Program-made: the position numbers and the translations under genes | Assembly: GCA_963665845.2 (NCBI GenBank) | Contig: OY762492.1 | Location: 544,001 to 608,000, forward strand | Direction: 5' to 3' | Source: Candidatus Poribacteria bacterium | GTDB taxonomy: Bacteria; Poribacteria; WGA-4E; GCA-2687025 | Length of the DNA stretch: 64,000 bases | Part shown: positions 37,078-47,767 of the stretch, piece after piece | Layout: each line of letters opens with the position of its first letter | Numbering within the stretch: the stretch's first letter is position 1 | Notes under the pieces: model-generated | Told to the model about the DNA's origin: nothing | Databases searched by the model: none | Seen by the model: only the letters and a program-made list of their open reading frames with translations

Positions 37078-37136
37078 CAACGCCTCCATCCTAACGCCCA
37101 TATCTTACCATGTTTTCAGCATGAACGTAACCAGAC

Positions 37137-37240
37137 GGCAGTCTCTATAGGCGATGATGTACGAAAATCCTGTTTGAGTCGGGCTGCCTGTCATTCCGGG
37201 CGCGGCTAAAACCCCCTAGCCCCTTTCAAGGGGAATCGGA
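37137..37240. repeat. Mosaic repeat (second-family MITE end plus CCCC..CAAGGGG unit)
   Basis: ggcagtctctataggcgatga matches copies near 11546 (reverse), 16630 and 24400. Confidence 0.65.
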
Positions 37241-37368
37241 CGCGCCGCGAATATCTCCGTATGGGCGTACTACCGTTTCTGATCTGCCGGGCGGGGCGCT
37301 TCTTGACGCGCGCGTCTTCAGCGCTGTATGATGGACAATGAACGCGGCGAACGCGAAAGGGCGAAACC

Positions 37369-38307
37369 ATGAAACAACTGAACAGACGCGCATTCTGGCT
37401 CATACTTGCCGGCGTCGGCATGGCGGCGGTTGCCGTAGTCATGTTTTTGGCGGCGGAACGTCTTAAAAAAAGCGGCATGGACAAGAAACCGACGGGTACG
37501 CCTTCAACAGAAGTCGCGCAGATCCTCGCCCCTTTCCCCGCTCCTGTTGAGGCAAAGCCGATTGTTCAAGCGGCGCCCTCCACTCCTGAAAAGACGAAGC
37601 CCCCTGCGGTAAAACGCGCCGAGGAGCCTCCCGTTGAGCTGCAGACAGCGCCTTCCCCGCGGTATGTTTATGTGGAAAACTCTCTCGAAAAAGGGGCGCG
37701 GGACTACGACGCAAACGGACAGATCGGCGACCCGCCGGCGGGCTGGAAAGAGGATTACTCCCACTGGGATTCTGAAAACTGGGGCATGCCGCTTGAAAAG
37801 CTGGGAACGCTCTATCCAAACGGGAAGGTCGACTACAGCGTCCAGCCTTTCAAATTGAGCGCAGAAGGCAACAGATTATTGATGGAGGAGCTGGAATCGA
37901 TCCGTCAAGAAAAGGGGGAAGAAGCCGCCAAAGAGTTCATCTCCGACACCCCGAAAACAGGCCTCATTCGCCTTGGCGACGAGTATATTGACCGCGGATA
38001 CATGCGCGTTGAGGTAGAAAGCGGAAAAACGGTTTATGCGGCTTTGAGTCTGTTCGATGTTTACGGGTATCGAATCCTCGGCAACAGATTCCGCCAATTC
38101 AGCTCTCCCAACAACTTCTCCGTTGCGTATTACAGGCGGCACACTGACGGCGCGCTCATGCGCGATATTTACATGTCTGATAAAGGCGCTAAAGAGTTCA
38201 TCGCCGCGCCGCCTCCCGACATGTCCCAATATACAGACGCTCAAATCGAGGCGCTCAAACGCGCATGGCGGGGAAACTTAGAAGCGCTCAGCCCATGCTA
38301 TTTTTAA
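37369..38307 (+). CDS. Hypothetical membrane-anchored protein
   Basis: N-terminal TM and Pro-rich linker. TTGACG...TATGAT promoter near 37303-37332. Confidence 0.75.
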   Translation: MKQLNRRAFWLILAGVGMAAVAVVMFLAAERLKKSGMDKKPTGTPSTEVAQILAPFPAPVEAKPIVQAAPSTPEKTKPPAVKRAEEPPVELQTAPSPRYVYVENSLEKGARDYDANGQIGDPPAGWKEDYSHWDSENWGMPLEKLGTLYPNGKVDYSVQPFKLSAEGNRLLMEELESIRQEKGEEAAKEFISDTPKTGLIRLGDEYIDRGYMRVEVESGKTVYAALSLFDVYGYRILGNRFRQFSSPNNFSVAYYRRHTDGALMRDIYMSDKGAKEFIAAPPPDMSQYTDAQIEALKRAWRGNLEALSPCYF

Positions 38308-38381
38308 AAAGCGTCCGCGGCGCTTATGATTCCGCCCGCCTGCGCAGGAAGGGCGAGTAGCCCGCGGGGTTTCTAAACTCC

Positions 38382-38549
38382 CTGACCTCATGCTAAAAGT
38401 TGGGACATTTGAACTGACGATCGCTCTATTCATGGGAAAAAGGCTTCGTCAACCAGACCGTCATTCCCGCGTAAGCGGGAATCTAGAGGCGCCGAAGAAG
38501 ACGTCCGCGTTCGCATGCCGACATGTCCCAACTTAAGACGTGAGGTCAG
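38382..38549 (+). mobile_element. 168-bp MITE with 8-bp TSD, nested in another repeat
   Basis: taaactcc duplicated at 38374-38381 and 38550-38557. Right TIR is identical to the IS end at 17322. Confidence 0.92.
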
Positions 38550-38842
38550 TAAACTCCCCCTTGAAAAGGGCTGGGGGTTTTTAGCCGCGCGCTGATCACG
38601 CTTCGTTTTGAACTAGGATTTTCAGGATTTGAGATGCGGGCATGTCGTGGGCGGCGTGTCGATTTTCGGCAATTCTCCTGGCAATCTTTTCAATCATGCA
38701 AATCTTAGTTCAGAAAGCAGACAGTTTCGGGTACGCCTCTGGATTCCCGCTTGCGCGGGAATGACGACCTGGTTGATGACGCTTCTTTTCCATGAATAGA
38801 GCGGTCATTCGTTCAAATGTCTCTAACTTTCGGCGCGAGGTA
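38550..38842. repeat. Composite intergenic mosaic repeat
   Basis: CCCCTTGAAAAGGG unit, GAACTAGGATT...AATCTTAGTTC element, palindrome and decayed reverse half-MITE. Confidence 0.8.
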
Positions 38843-38953
38843 TTGTATCGACGGGCGGGGCGCGCTAAATTAATGGACGCCGCGCGCTCATCGATTCAAC
38901 CGAAAAGCCGCGCGCTCATTCAAAGACCGAAAAGAACCGAAAAGGACACGCAT

Positions 38954-39970
38954 ATGGCAGACGACATTAGAGGAGCCGTCATCGGATACGGCGCCGCGTT
39001 CAATATGGGCAGGCACCACGCCAACGCCATGAACCACCATGACGGCATGAAAACCGTCGCGATCCTGGACATCGACAAGGCGCGCACCGACGCCGCCCAA
39101 AAAGATTTTCCCGACATCGAAACCTTCAACACGCTGGACGACCTGCTCGCCTGGGGCGAGTTTGATGTCGCCGTCAACGTTCTCCCGCACAGCCTCCACC
39201 ATTCCGAGACGCTCCCATGCCTGCAGGCAGGCAAGCATGCGATCGTCGAAAAGCCGTTCACGATCACCATCGCCGAGGCGACCGAGCTGATCGAAACGGC
39301 AAAGAAGAAAGAGGTTGTCCTGACCGTCCACCACAACCGGCGCTGGGACGCCGACTTCTGGACGCTCAAAAACCTGGTCGCCAGCGGCATCATCGGGCAG
39401 GTGTACAATGTGGAAATGTGGGGCGGCGGATACGGTCGCCCGAACCCGAACTGGTGGCGCAGCGTCAAGGCGGTCTCCGGCGGCGCGTTTTACGACTGGG
39501 GCGCGCATTTCATCGACTGGCTGCTGAATGTGATCCCTGAAAAAATGGTCAACATCACCGGCTTTTTTCATGACCTTGTCTGGCATGACATCAGCAACGA
39601 AGACCATGTCCACGGCATCATCCGTTTTGCGAACGGCTGCAGCGCCGACATTCAGATGTCGAACATCGCCAAGGTCGGCAAACCGCGCTGGCGCCTGCTC
39701 GGCTCGCACGGCTCCATCGTCTCCAACGGCGGCAAGTATAAGATCCTGTCCGAGGTGGAAGGGTTCGACAAGGAGAGCGAAGTCGGCTTTTCAGGACGCC
39801 CCGGCCCCTCTTTTTACACGAACTTTGTCGCGCATGTGAACGATCCAGAAAACAACCCGCTCATCGTGACGCCGGAGTCGGCGCGGCGCGTCATCGCGGT
39901 TCTGGAGCTGTCGGAGAAGTCGGCGCGTTCGCATCAGTCCGAGACGGTTCCGTACGAATTTGAGGAGTGA
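38954..39970 (+). CDS. Gfo/Idh/MocA oxidoreductase
   Basis: VIGYG, VEKP, HNRRWD and GGAFYDWGAH. Confidence 0.92.
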   Translation: MADDIRGAVIGYGAAFNMGRHHANAMNHHDGMKTVAILDIDKARTDAAQKDFPDIETFNTLDDLLAWGEFDVAVNVLPHSLHHSETLPCLQAGKHAIVEKPFTITIAEATELIETAKKKEVVLTVHHNRRWDADFWTLKNLVASGIIGQVYNVEMWGGGYGRPNPNWWRSVKAVSGGAFYDWGAHFIDWLLNVIPEKMVNITGFFHDLVWHDISNEDHVHGIIRFANGCSADIQMSNIAKVGKPRWRLLGSHGSIVSNGGKYKILSEVEGFDKESEVGFSGRPGPSFYTNFVAHVNDPENNPLIVTPESARRVIAVLELSEKSARSHQSETVPYEFEE

Positions 39971-40971
39971 ACGCGCTGCTGAAGCCGCCCTGGGACGCCG
40001 CTCTTCCGCGCCTTTCGTCGCTGCGCGCGCTTGTTCTGGGCGATGCGATCCTGGATTCGTATCTGCTCGGCGAGGCGCGCCGCATCTCTCCGGAGGCGCC
40101 CGTGCCGATTGTGGAGATACGGTCGGAGGAGCGGCGCCTCGGCGGGGCGGCGAATGTCGCGGCGAACGCGGCCTCCTTGGGCGCGTTGTGCCGACTTATC
40201 TGCGTCGTCGGAAAAGATGAGGCGGGCGCGGAGCTGAAAAAGCTGCTCGCCGAAGCGCGCATCGACGGCGAAGGCGTTGTTGTGGACCCGTCCCGCCCGA
40301 CGAGCCACAAAACGCGCGTCATCGCGCGCAACCAGCAGGTGGTCCGCCTCGACCGCGAATCGCGCCTGCCCATCTCGGCGGAGGCGCGCCATGCGGTTCT
40401 TGAAAACGCGCGGCGGTTCATCCCGCTCTCCGACGCGCTCATCATCGAAGATTACGACAAGGGCGTTTTGGACGCGGAGATGATCGCGGAGGCGGGAGAG
40501 CTGGCGCGGCGCGCGGGAATTCCGCTCATCGTGGACCCGAAGGCGGAGAATTTCTGGTCATACCGCGGCGCGGCGTGCGTTGTGCCGAACGTTCAAGAAG
40601 CGGGCGAGGCGGTCGGACGCCGGCTGACCACGGAGCGGGAGCTGCGCCATGCCGCCCGCGAAATCATGGAGCGGCTGGAGCTGCAGTTTCTGCTCATCAC
40701 GCGGGGACCGGACGGCATGAGCCTGTATGAACGCGGCGCCGAGACGCGCATCCCCGCCGCGGCGCGCGAGGTGTATGATGTCACCGGCGCGGGCGACACG
40801 GTCGCCGCGGCGTTTGCGCTCGGCTTGGCGGCGGGCTTGTCCCCCGTCGACGCGGCGCGCATGGCGAATTGCGCCGCCGGACTGGCGGTCGGACAGATGG
40901 GCTGCGCCGTCGCGACGCAGGAACAGCTGCGGGAGGAGCTTGTCAAAATGGAACAGGAGAAAGCGGTATGA
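39967..40971 (+). CDS. rfaE1: D-glycero-beta-D-manno-heptose-7-phosphate kinase
   Basis: RISPEAPVP, GGAANVA, DYDKG, VDPK and DVTGAGDT. Confidence 0.92.
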   Translation: MNALLKPPWDAALPRLSSLRALVLGDAILDSYLLGEARRISPEAPVPIVEIRSEERRLGGAANVAANAASLGALCRLICVVGKDEAGAELKKLLAEARIDGEGVVVDPSRPTSHKTRVIARNQQVVRLDRESRLPISAEARHAVLENARRFIPLSDALIIEDYDKGVLDAEMIAEAGELARRAGIPLIVDPKAENFWSYRGAACVVPNVQEAGEAVGRRLTTERELRHAAREIMERLELQFLLITRGPDGMSLYERGAETRIPAAAREVYDVTGAGDTVAAAFALGLAAGLSPVDAARMANCAAGLAVGQMGCAVATQEQLREELVKMEQEKAV

Positions 40972-41762
40972 GTCTCACGGTTGCGTCGCTGCATGTGTAC
41001 CCGGTGAAGTCGCTCGGCGGCATACAGGTGGAAACGGCGGTCGTCGGACGGCGCGGCTTTCAAAACGACCGGCTATGGATGGTGGTTGACCCAGACGGTC
41101 AATTTCGAACCCAGCGCGAAACGCCACGCATGTGCCTCATTAAAACGCATATGGAGTCGGGCGGGCTGCGTTTGAGCGCGGACGGAATGCCCGACCTGCG
41201 CCTGCCGATGAAAGGGGAGGACGGGGCGCGCCGTTCCGTCGTTGTCTGGGGGGACGAGTGCGAAGCCGTTGACCAAGGAAACGAACCGGCGGAATGGTTG
41301 AGCGATTTTCTCAAAGAGCCTTCCCGCCTTGTGCGCATGGCGAACGACCACCGGCGCGAAGCGGGATGGGGCGATTCGCTTGTCGGGTTCGCCGATCGGT
41401 ACGCGTTTCTGTTCATATCGGAAGCGTCGCTGGAGGACTTAAACAGCCGACTGGAAACGCCCCTGCCGATGAACCGTTTTCGCCCCAACATCGTCGTTCG
41501 CGGCGCCAAGCCGTACGAGGAGGACACATGGAGCCGCGTCAACATCGGAGAGACGCGCTTTAGAGGACGAACGCGCTGCACCCGCTGCGCGACCACGGCG
41601 ACCGATCAAGAAACGGCGGCGCGCGGCGTGGAACCTCTCCGCACGCTCGCCACCTACCGCCGAACGCCGAAGGGCGACGTCGCCTTCGGGCGCAATTTTA
41701 ACCACCTGGACATCGGCGGGCAAATCTCCGTCGGGGACGCGATCCACACCACTCAATTCTAA
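40968..41762 (+). CDS. MOSC-domain protein (YcbX/mARC-like)
   Basis: YPVKS, DRLWMVV, RFRPNIV, EEDTW and CTRC. Confidence 0.92.
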   Translation: MSLTVASLHVYPVKSLGGIQVETAVVGRRGFQNDRLWMVVDPDGQFRTQRETPRMCLIKTHMESGGLRLSADGMPDLRLPMKGEDGARRSVVVWGDECEAVDQGNEPAEWLSDFLKEPSRLVRMANDHRREAGWGDSLVGFADRYAFLFISEASLEDLNSRLETPLPMNRFRPNIVVRGAKPYEEDTWSRVNIGETRFRGRTRCTRCATTATDQETAARGVEPLRTLATYRRTPKGDVAFGRNFNHLDIGGQISVGDAIHTTQF

Positions 41763-41785
41763 ACCAAACCATAAAGGAGCAAACG

Positions 41786-42517
41786 ATGAGCGAATGGCTG
41801 CGAATTGCGCATCGGGGCGCGTCTGGGCATGCGCCTGAAAACACCCTTGCATCGTTTCAAAAGGCGCTGGAGATCGGCGTGGACGGCGTCGAAATGGACG
41901 CGCGAATGACGGCGGACGGGCATGCGGTCGTCGTCCATGACGCGACGCTGGACCGAACGACCGACATGACAGGGCGCGTCGACAAGTTGACGCTGTCCGA
42001 GATCAAACGCGCAAACGCGGGCGGCGGCGAACGCGTCCCGACGCTCAAGGAGGCGCTGTCGATACTGCCGAGCGGCGTTCTGGCGGTGGTGGAGATCAAG
42101 GCGGCGGAGGCGGCGGGTCCGTCGGCGCGCATACTGTCCGATTTAGGCAAAAGCGCCGAGGCGCTCGTCATCTCTTTTTTGCCGGACGCGCTCCCTCCCG
42201 TCCGCGCCGTCGATGCGGACATTCAGATAGGTTTGATTGTCGCGCAGCGGCTGGCTGAAGGCGAGGCGGAAAACGGCTTGGCGATGCTTGAAGCGGCGCG
42301 CGCCCTTGGAACCTCCGCTGTCAGCTGCCACTGGCAAACCGCAGCGCCTGAAACGGTCGAGGCGATTCATAAAGCGGGCGGAACCATCGGCGTCTGGACG
42401 CCGAACGAACCTGCCCATATCCGCCAAGCGATCCAATCGGGCGTGGACGCTGTCACCTCCGACTATCCCGACCGGTTGAACGACGCCCGCGCCGTCGATG
42501 AAGGGCAAGGAAAATGA
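41786..42517 (+). CDS. Glycerophosphodiester phosphodiesterase
   Basis: HRGASGHAPENT, EMD, HDATLDRTT and TSDYP. Confidence 0.93.
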   Translation: MSEWLRIAHRGASGHAPENTLASFQKALEIGVDGVEMDARMTADGHAVVVHDATLDRTTDMTGRVDKLTLSEIKRANAGGGERVPTLKEALSILPSGVLAVVEIKAAEAAGPSARILSDLGKSAEALVISFLPDALPPVRAVDADIQIGLIVAQRLAEGEAENGLAMLEAARALGTSAVSCHWQTAAPETVEAIHKAGGTIGVWTPNEPAHIRQAIQSGVDAVTSDYPDRLNDARAVDEGQGK

Positions 42518-44562
42518 GACGGGGAATCGCTGCGGCGTTGATGGCTGTCCCGCTGCTTTTCTTTATCGGCTGCGACAATGGATTCAGGGGCAGTACCAAC
42601 TACGATAAAGGTCCGGCTTCCGTCGTCTATTCGCCGGACGGCAAAACGCTTGCCGCGGTGGGAAAATCGTTTGACGGCGACACGATCCTGCTCTTGGACG
42701 CCGAAACGGGAGATGTAAAGGCATCGCTGGAAGGACATGAAGGACATGGACGGCCTGTCCGTTCCGCGGCGTTCTCGCCGGACGGCAAAACGCTTGTCAG
42801 CGGCGGGGGATGGACAGACTACACGATTCGAGTATGGAATGTCGAAACAGGCGCGCCGATCAACACCCTAAACAATAGCAACGGCGGCTGTGTCGTAACC
42901 TTTTCGCCGGACAGCAAAACGCTCGTCATCGCCGATTCTATGGGCGAGATACAGTTCTGGGATGTCGAGACATGGACTCAAATTGCAAACCATTCGTTAA
43001 GAGGAGACGCGAACTGCTTGGCGTACTCGCCGGATGGAGAACGGCTTGCCGCCGGCGCAGCGTTAAGCCGGGATGTTCATATTTTTGACGGAAGAACCTT
43101 CGAACCTGTCCAAACTCTCCGCGGGCATCGGGATATGGTCACATCCGCCGCCTATTCGCCGGACGGGAAGATACTTGCTATCGGCGGAAACAAAGGGCAA
43201 CTAACGCTTTGGGACGCTTACACCGGCAAGCGGCTCAAAAAGTGGAACGGGCATGAAAGCGGCGTGTTGTCGCTCTCGTTTTCGCCTGACAGCAAAACGC
43301 TTGTGAGCGGCAGCGACGGCGACAGCGACAGCGGCGGCGACAAAACGATACGGCTTTGGGATGTCCAAACGCGCGAGCTGATCAAAACGATCCAGGACCC
43401 TGAAGGATCTAGATCGGTGGCGTATTCGCCGGACGGAACGACAATTGCCAGCGGCAGTTTAAACGCAGGCGTACGTTTATGGAGCGCCGAAACGGGCGAT
43501 CCGACGAAAACGCTGTACGACGATAGCTATGCTGTCCGCTTTCTGGCTTTTTCGCCTGACGGCGAGTCGGTCACTGTGGACGGCTCCGGCACAGATCCGG
43601 CGCTTCCGAATGTGATCACATTTATTCGCTTTTTAGACCCCAAAACGCTAAAAGAAACGTTCAGAATGACGGATAACACGGATTTGATCGGCGCCCGAGC
43701 TAGATCCCTCTCGGCTGCGTATTCGCCGGACGGCAGGACGCTTGCGGTCGGGGGCCGCATCGCTACGGCTCTTTGGCGGCCGGACGCGTACCACTGGGAC
43801 GCTGAAAAAAGAGAACAGGTCAAAAAAGAGTTTCTAGCGCTGGCAGAGCAGGCAAAGACAGACCCTCAAATACCCGACGAGTCTTCGAGGGAGTACATCA
43901 TCGGCGAGCTGCTAGGCTCTGTCCGCCGCAATCTGTATTATCAAGTTATGAGGCACGATTTCAGCCGCGCGCTGTGTATGGACTTTTCGCCCGACGGAAA
44001 AACGCTTGCCATCGGTCGCGGTTCTATTGGAAGTATCGGACTCATCCATGCGGATACTGGAACGGTGAAATGGAAAACGTCAGATCACGAAAAGAAAGTC
44101 CGATTTGTCGATTTTTCACCCGACGGAAAAACGCTCGTCAGCGGCAGCCTCGACCAAACAGTGCGCTTCTGGGACGCCGAAACGGGCGCCATAATACGCG
44201 ACTTAAAAGGGCATCAAGGCATGGCGTACGCCGGCGCCTACTCTCCCGATGGCAAGACGCTCGCCGTCGCCAGCTCCAAAACCTTAACCGTCTGGGACGC
44301 CGCGACCGACGCTCTGGTTCATACGCTAGAGGGACATGACGGCGCCGTATTCTGCCTCGCGTTCTCTCCAGACGGCGCCGAAATCGCCACGGGAGGGCGG
44401 GATAAGACCGTACGACGATGGAGCGCCAAGACTGGCGAACTGATCAAAACGATGGAGAAGCATGCGGCGCCCGTGACCGCGGTCGCCTATTCGCCGGACG
44501 GCGCTCATCTGTTGAGCGGCGACGCGGTAGGTAAAATATACCGATGGAGTTTGAACGAATAA
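42514..44562 (+). CDS. WD40-repeat lipoprotein (long type, copy 1)
   Basis: Lipobox FIGC and many SPDGKTL...WD repeats. Confidence 0.9.
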   Translation: MRRGIAAALMAVPLLFFIGCDNGFRGSTNYDKGPASVVYSPDGKTLAAVGKSFDGDTILLLDAETGDVKASLEGHEGHGRPVRSAAFSPDGKTLVSGGGWTDYTIRVWNVETGAPINTLNNSNGGCVVTFSPDSKTLVIADSMGEIQFWDVETWTQIANHSLRGDANCLAYSPDGERLAAGAALSRDVHIFDGRTFEPVQTLRGHRDMVTSAAYSPDGKILAIGGNKGQLTLWDAYTGKRLKKWNGHESGVLSLSFSPDSKTLVSGSDGDSDSGGDKTIRLWDVQTRELIKTIQDPEGSRSVAYSPDGTTIASGSLNAGVRLWSAETGDPTKTLYDDSYAVRFLAFSPDGESVTVDGSGTDPALPNVITFIRFLDPKTLKETFRMTDNTDLIGARARSLSAAYSPDGRTLAVGGRIATALWRPDAYHWDAEKREQVKKEFLALAEQAKTDPQIPDESSREYIIGELLGSVRRNLYYQVMRHDFSRALCMDFSPDGKTLAIGRGSIGSIGLIHADTGTVKWKTSDHEKKVRFVDFSPDGKTLVSGSLDQTVRFWDAETGAIIRDLKGHQGMAYAGAYSPDGKTLAVASSKTLTVWDAATDALVHTLEGHDGAVFCLAFSPDGAEIATGGRDKTVRRWSAKTGELIKTMEKHAAPVTAVAYSPDGAHLLSGDAVGKIYRWSLNE

Positions 44563-44590
44563 CTCGCATAAAGGTATCAAGAACAGAGGG

Positions 44591-45646
44591 ATGCGTATGA
44601 AGAGACGGCGTCTAGCCTCGTCTGCGCTAGCGATGGCAGCTGTGCTAGCGGCTGCTGCGTCATGCAATAAACGCAGCGAACATATTCCAGCGATCATGAA
44701 CATGCCGCAGCCGGGCAGAGCGGTTTGCATGGCGTTTTCGCCGGACGGTAGAACGCTCGCCAGCGGTGGAAACGAAGGAATCTGGATATGGGACGCCGAA
44801 ACAGGGGTGGAACTCAAAGCGCTGAAGGGGTACAACTGCAGTTCGCTTGCCTACTCGCCCGACAGCAGGACGCTTGCCGCTGTCGCAGGAACCGACGAGA
44901 ACAACCGAACGGTCATGCTGATCGATACGGCGACAGGCAAGGTCAAGCCGGTTGAAACAATCGATCCGCCCGTTCATCTTGTAGCGTATTCGCCGGACGG
45001 CAAGATGATCGCGAGCGACAGCGGAAAAAACGCGGGCGGTATGTTCACGATTCGGCTCTGGGACGCCGAAACAGGCGCTCCCCTGCGAGATATAGGAGAG
45101 ATCAATTCCATCGGCGAGAAACTGATCTTTTCGCCGGACAGCGAACGGCTCGTCAGCCTTCACCGCTTTCCAACTCCCGCGACAAACGAAACGACGGAAC
45201 GGGCGTACTATCTGATTACATGGGATGTCGAAACAGGCGGCAAGAGATTTGAGCCGCCCCCGTTTCGGTATATGGGGTGGTGGCGCGGCGACAGCGCCGT
45301 CTACTCGCCAAACGGACAGCGGTTGGCGCTCGCCGGCGGTTCCGAGATCGGTCTATTCGACGCCTATAATGCCGAACTGGTTCAAAAAATGCATCGGCAC
45401 GAATATCCCGCCGATGTGGTGACGATGGCGTATTCGCCCAACAACAGCTTCTTGGCAAGCGGGGATAACGACGGGAATATTCATCTTTGGGACGCGTACA
45501 CGGGCAAACATTTGAAAGAATTAAAGGCGTACAACGGGACGGTCAGCGAGATGGCGTTCTCGCCGGACGGGACGAAGCTTGGCTGCGTGAATCACTTCGG
45601 GCATGTCTGGGTGTGGGATTTGAAAACGATGGAGATGAAGCAGTAG
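44591..45646 (+). CDS. WD40-repeat lipoprotein (short type)
   Basis: AAASC lipobox and about 7 WD repeats. Confidence 0.9.
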   Translation: MRMKRRRLASSALAMAAVLAAAASCNKRSEHIPAIMNMPQPGRAVCMAFSPDGRTLASGGNEGIWIWDAETGVELKALKGYNCSSLAYSPDSRTLAAVAGTDENNRTVMLIDTATGKVKPVETIDPPVHLVAYSPDGKMIASDSGKNAGGMFTIRLWDAETGAPLRDIGEINSIGEKLIFSPDSERLVSLHRFPTPATNETTERAYYLITWDVETGGKRFEPPPFRYMGWWRGDSAVYSPNGQRLALAGGSEIGLFDAYNAELVQKMHRHEYPADVVTMAYSPNNSFLASGDNDGNIHLWDAYTGKHLKELKAYNGTVSEMAFSPDGTKLGCVNHFGHVWVWDLKTMEMKQ

Positions 45647-45693
45647 GGGTACATACAGGTTCATATGTGCCGGCAAAGCGAGGCGCGGATCTT

Positions 45694-45776
45694 ATGAAGA
45701 AACGGCGGATGACAGAGGCAGCGGCGGCGCGCTCCTCTGCGGTAGGCAAATATACCGATGGAGTTTGAACGAATGA
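45694..45776 (+). pseudogene. Deletion remnant of WD40 paralog(s)
   Basis: Start resembles that of the short-type gene (atgaagaaacggcg) and is fused to a copy of the long-type 3' end (gcggtagg...taccgatggagtttgaacgaa). Confidence 0.55.
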
Positions 45777-47767
45777 TACGGCGAACCGCTGCGGCGCTGA
45801 TGGCTGTCCCGCTGCTTTTCTGTATCGGCTGCGGCGACGATGAAGTCGTCTTCCACGGCAACGCTGCCATCGCCTATTCCCCGGACGGCAAAACGCTTGC
45901 GGCGGTTGCAACATATACCTCTTTTGAGGGCGACACCATCTTGCTTTTGGACGCCAAAACAGGAGATGTGAAAGCCGCGCTGGAAGGTCATGAGCCGGTC
46001 GCCCGTTCCGCGGCCTTCTCGCCGGACGGCAAAACGCTTGTCAGCGGAGGGGCGCATGGGGACGCCTCCATACGGGTATGGGACGTCGAAACAGGCGCGC
46101 CGCTCAAAACCTTGGACGCGAAACGCGGCGGGGGCGTCGGCGTTGTTGTAGCATACTCCCCCGACGGCAGAACGCTCGTCAGCGGCTCTGGGGGCGCCGT
46201 TATCTTATGGGACGCCGAGAACTGGACCGAAAGAGCGATCGTCCCAGCCTCCACGACGAACGCCTTGGCGTATTCGCCGGACGGACAGAGAATAGCCTAC
46301 AGCGCCGCTTTCAGCCAAGAAATATATCTTCTGGACGGCTTGACAGGCGAACCTGTCGGGTCTCTAAAAGGGCATCGTCAAAATGTCGCGACGGTCGCGT
46401 ATTCGCCGGACGGCAAGACGCTCGCCAGCGGCGGAGCGAAGGGGGAGCTGCTGCTTTGGGACTCCTACACCGGCAAGCGCATTAAAAAGTTAAAAAGAAG
46501 CGCCTTCGCGGTCAAATCGCTCGCCTTTTCGCCGGACAGCAAAACGCTCCTAAGCGGAGGCTACGGCGACGCCATGCGGCTGTGGGATGTCCAAACAGGC
46601 AAACTAATCAGGGAGATCCAAGACTCTGAAGGAGCATGGTCGGTCGTCTATTCGCCGGACGGAACAACGATTGCCAGCGGCAGTTTAAACGCAGGCGTAC
46701 GTTTATGGAATCCCGAAACAGGCGAGCAAGTGAACACGCTGTACAGCAATCAAAATGCAGTCCGTTTTCTGGCTTTTTCGCTGGACGGCGACATCATCGT
46801 CTACAGCGACCGACAGGGGAAGATCGAAATGCTAAACGCCAAAACATTAGCAAAAACAACGTCGCTGCAAGACCGCCCCTACGGTTCGACCGGTTCAGCG
46901 GCGCTGTCTCCAGACGGCAAGACGCTGGCCGCAGGCAGTTCCGGCATTTCCGATCTTCTGTTTTGGCCGATTGCCGCGCATCACTGGGACGATGACAAAA
47001 GAAGGGCGGGCAGAGAAGCCGCCAAAAAAGAGTTCCTGGAGCGGGCAAAAACGATTGAATTGAACGGCGGCGGATCGATGACATCGCGCATCGCCGTTTC
47101 CGACTTGGAAAACGCCGTTCAATCGAATCGATATGTTTATGGCTTTGACATCCATTTTATCGGAAATGTCAATTGCATTGCGTACTCCCCCGATGGAAAT
47201 ACGCTCGCCAGCGGCGGAGGCAGAACAGATCGCGGAACCCTCGTATTGAGCGGCGCTGAAACGCCGTCTATCAAGGCGATCATAAAAGGCCACAAGCGGG
47301 CTGTTCGATTCGTCGCCTTTTCCCCCGACGGAAAAACGCTCGCCAGCGGCGGTCTCGACCGCACCGCGCGTTTCTGGGACGCCGAAACAGGCGCCGCCAT
47401 ACGCGACTTAAAAGGGCATCAAGGCATGGCGTACGCCGGCGCTTATTCTCCAGACGGAAAGACGCTCGCTGTCGCCAGCTCCGAAACTTTAGCCGTCTGG
47501 GACGCCGCGACCGACGCCTTGATTCATACGCTGACAGGTCATGAAGGCCCCGCGTACTGCCTCGCGTTCTCTCCAGACGGCGCCGAAATCGCGACAGGCG
47601 GGCGGGATAAGACGGTGCGGCGATGGAGCGCCGAGACAGGCGAACTGATCAAAACGCTGGAGAAACATGCGGCGCCCGTAACCGCTGTCGCCTATTCGCC
47701 GGACGGCGCTTATCTGTTGAACGGCGGCGCAGACGGTAAAATACATAGATGGAGTTTGAACGAATGA
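45773..47767 (+). CDS. WD40-repeat lipoprotein (long type, copy 2)
   Basis: CIGC lipobox. Paralog of 42514. Confidence 0.9.
   Translation: MIRRTAAALMAVPLLFCIGCGDDEVVFHGNAAIAYSPDGKTLAAVATYTSFEGDTILLLDAKTGDVKAALEGHEPVARSAAFSPDGKTLVSGGAHGDASIRVWDVETGAPLKTLDAKRGGGVGVVVAYSPDGRTLVSGSGGAVILWDAENWTERAIVPASTTNALAYSPDGQRIAYSAAFSQEIYLLDGLTGEPVGSLKGHRQNVATVAYSPDGKTLASGGAKGELLLWDSYTGKRIKKLKRSAFAVKSLAFSPDSKTLLSGGYGDAMRLWDVQTGKLIREIQDSEGAWSVVYSPDGTTIASGSLNAGVRLWNPETGEQVNTLYSNQNAVRFLAFSLDGDIIVYSDRQGKIEMLNAKTLAKTTSLQDRPYGSTGSAALSPDGKTLAAGSSGISDLLFWPIAAHHWDDDKRRAGREAAKKEFLERAKTIELNGGGSMTSRIAVSDLENAVQSNRYVYGFDIHFIGNVNCIAYSPDGNTLASGGGRTDRGTLVLSGAETPSIKAIIKGHKRAVRFVAFSPDGKTLASGGLDRTARFWDAETGAAIRDLKGHQGMAYAGAYSPDGKTLAVASSETLAVWDAATDALIHTLTGHEGPAYCLAFSPDGAEIATGGRDKTVRRWSAETGELIKTLEKHAAPVTAVAYSPDGAYLLNGGADGKIHRWSLNE

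Noticed and set aside
37100-37360. T-box leader for valS
   Set aside because: No T-box consensus or antiterminator. The region is repeat mosaic.
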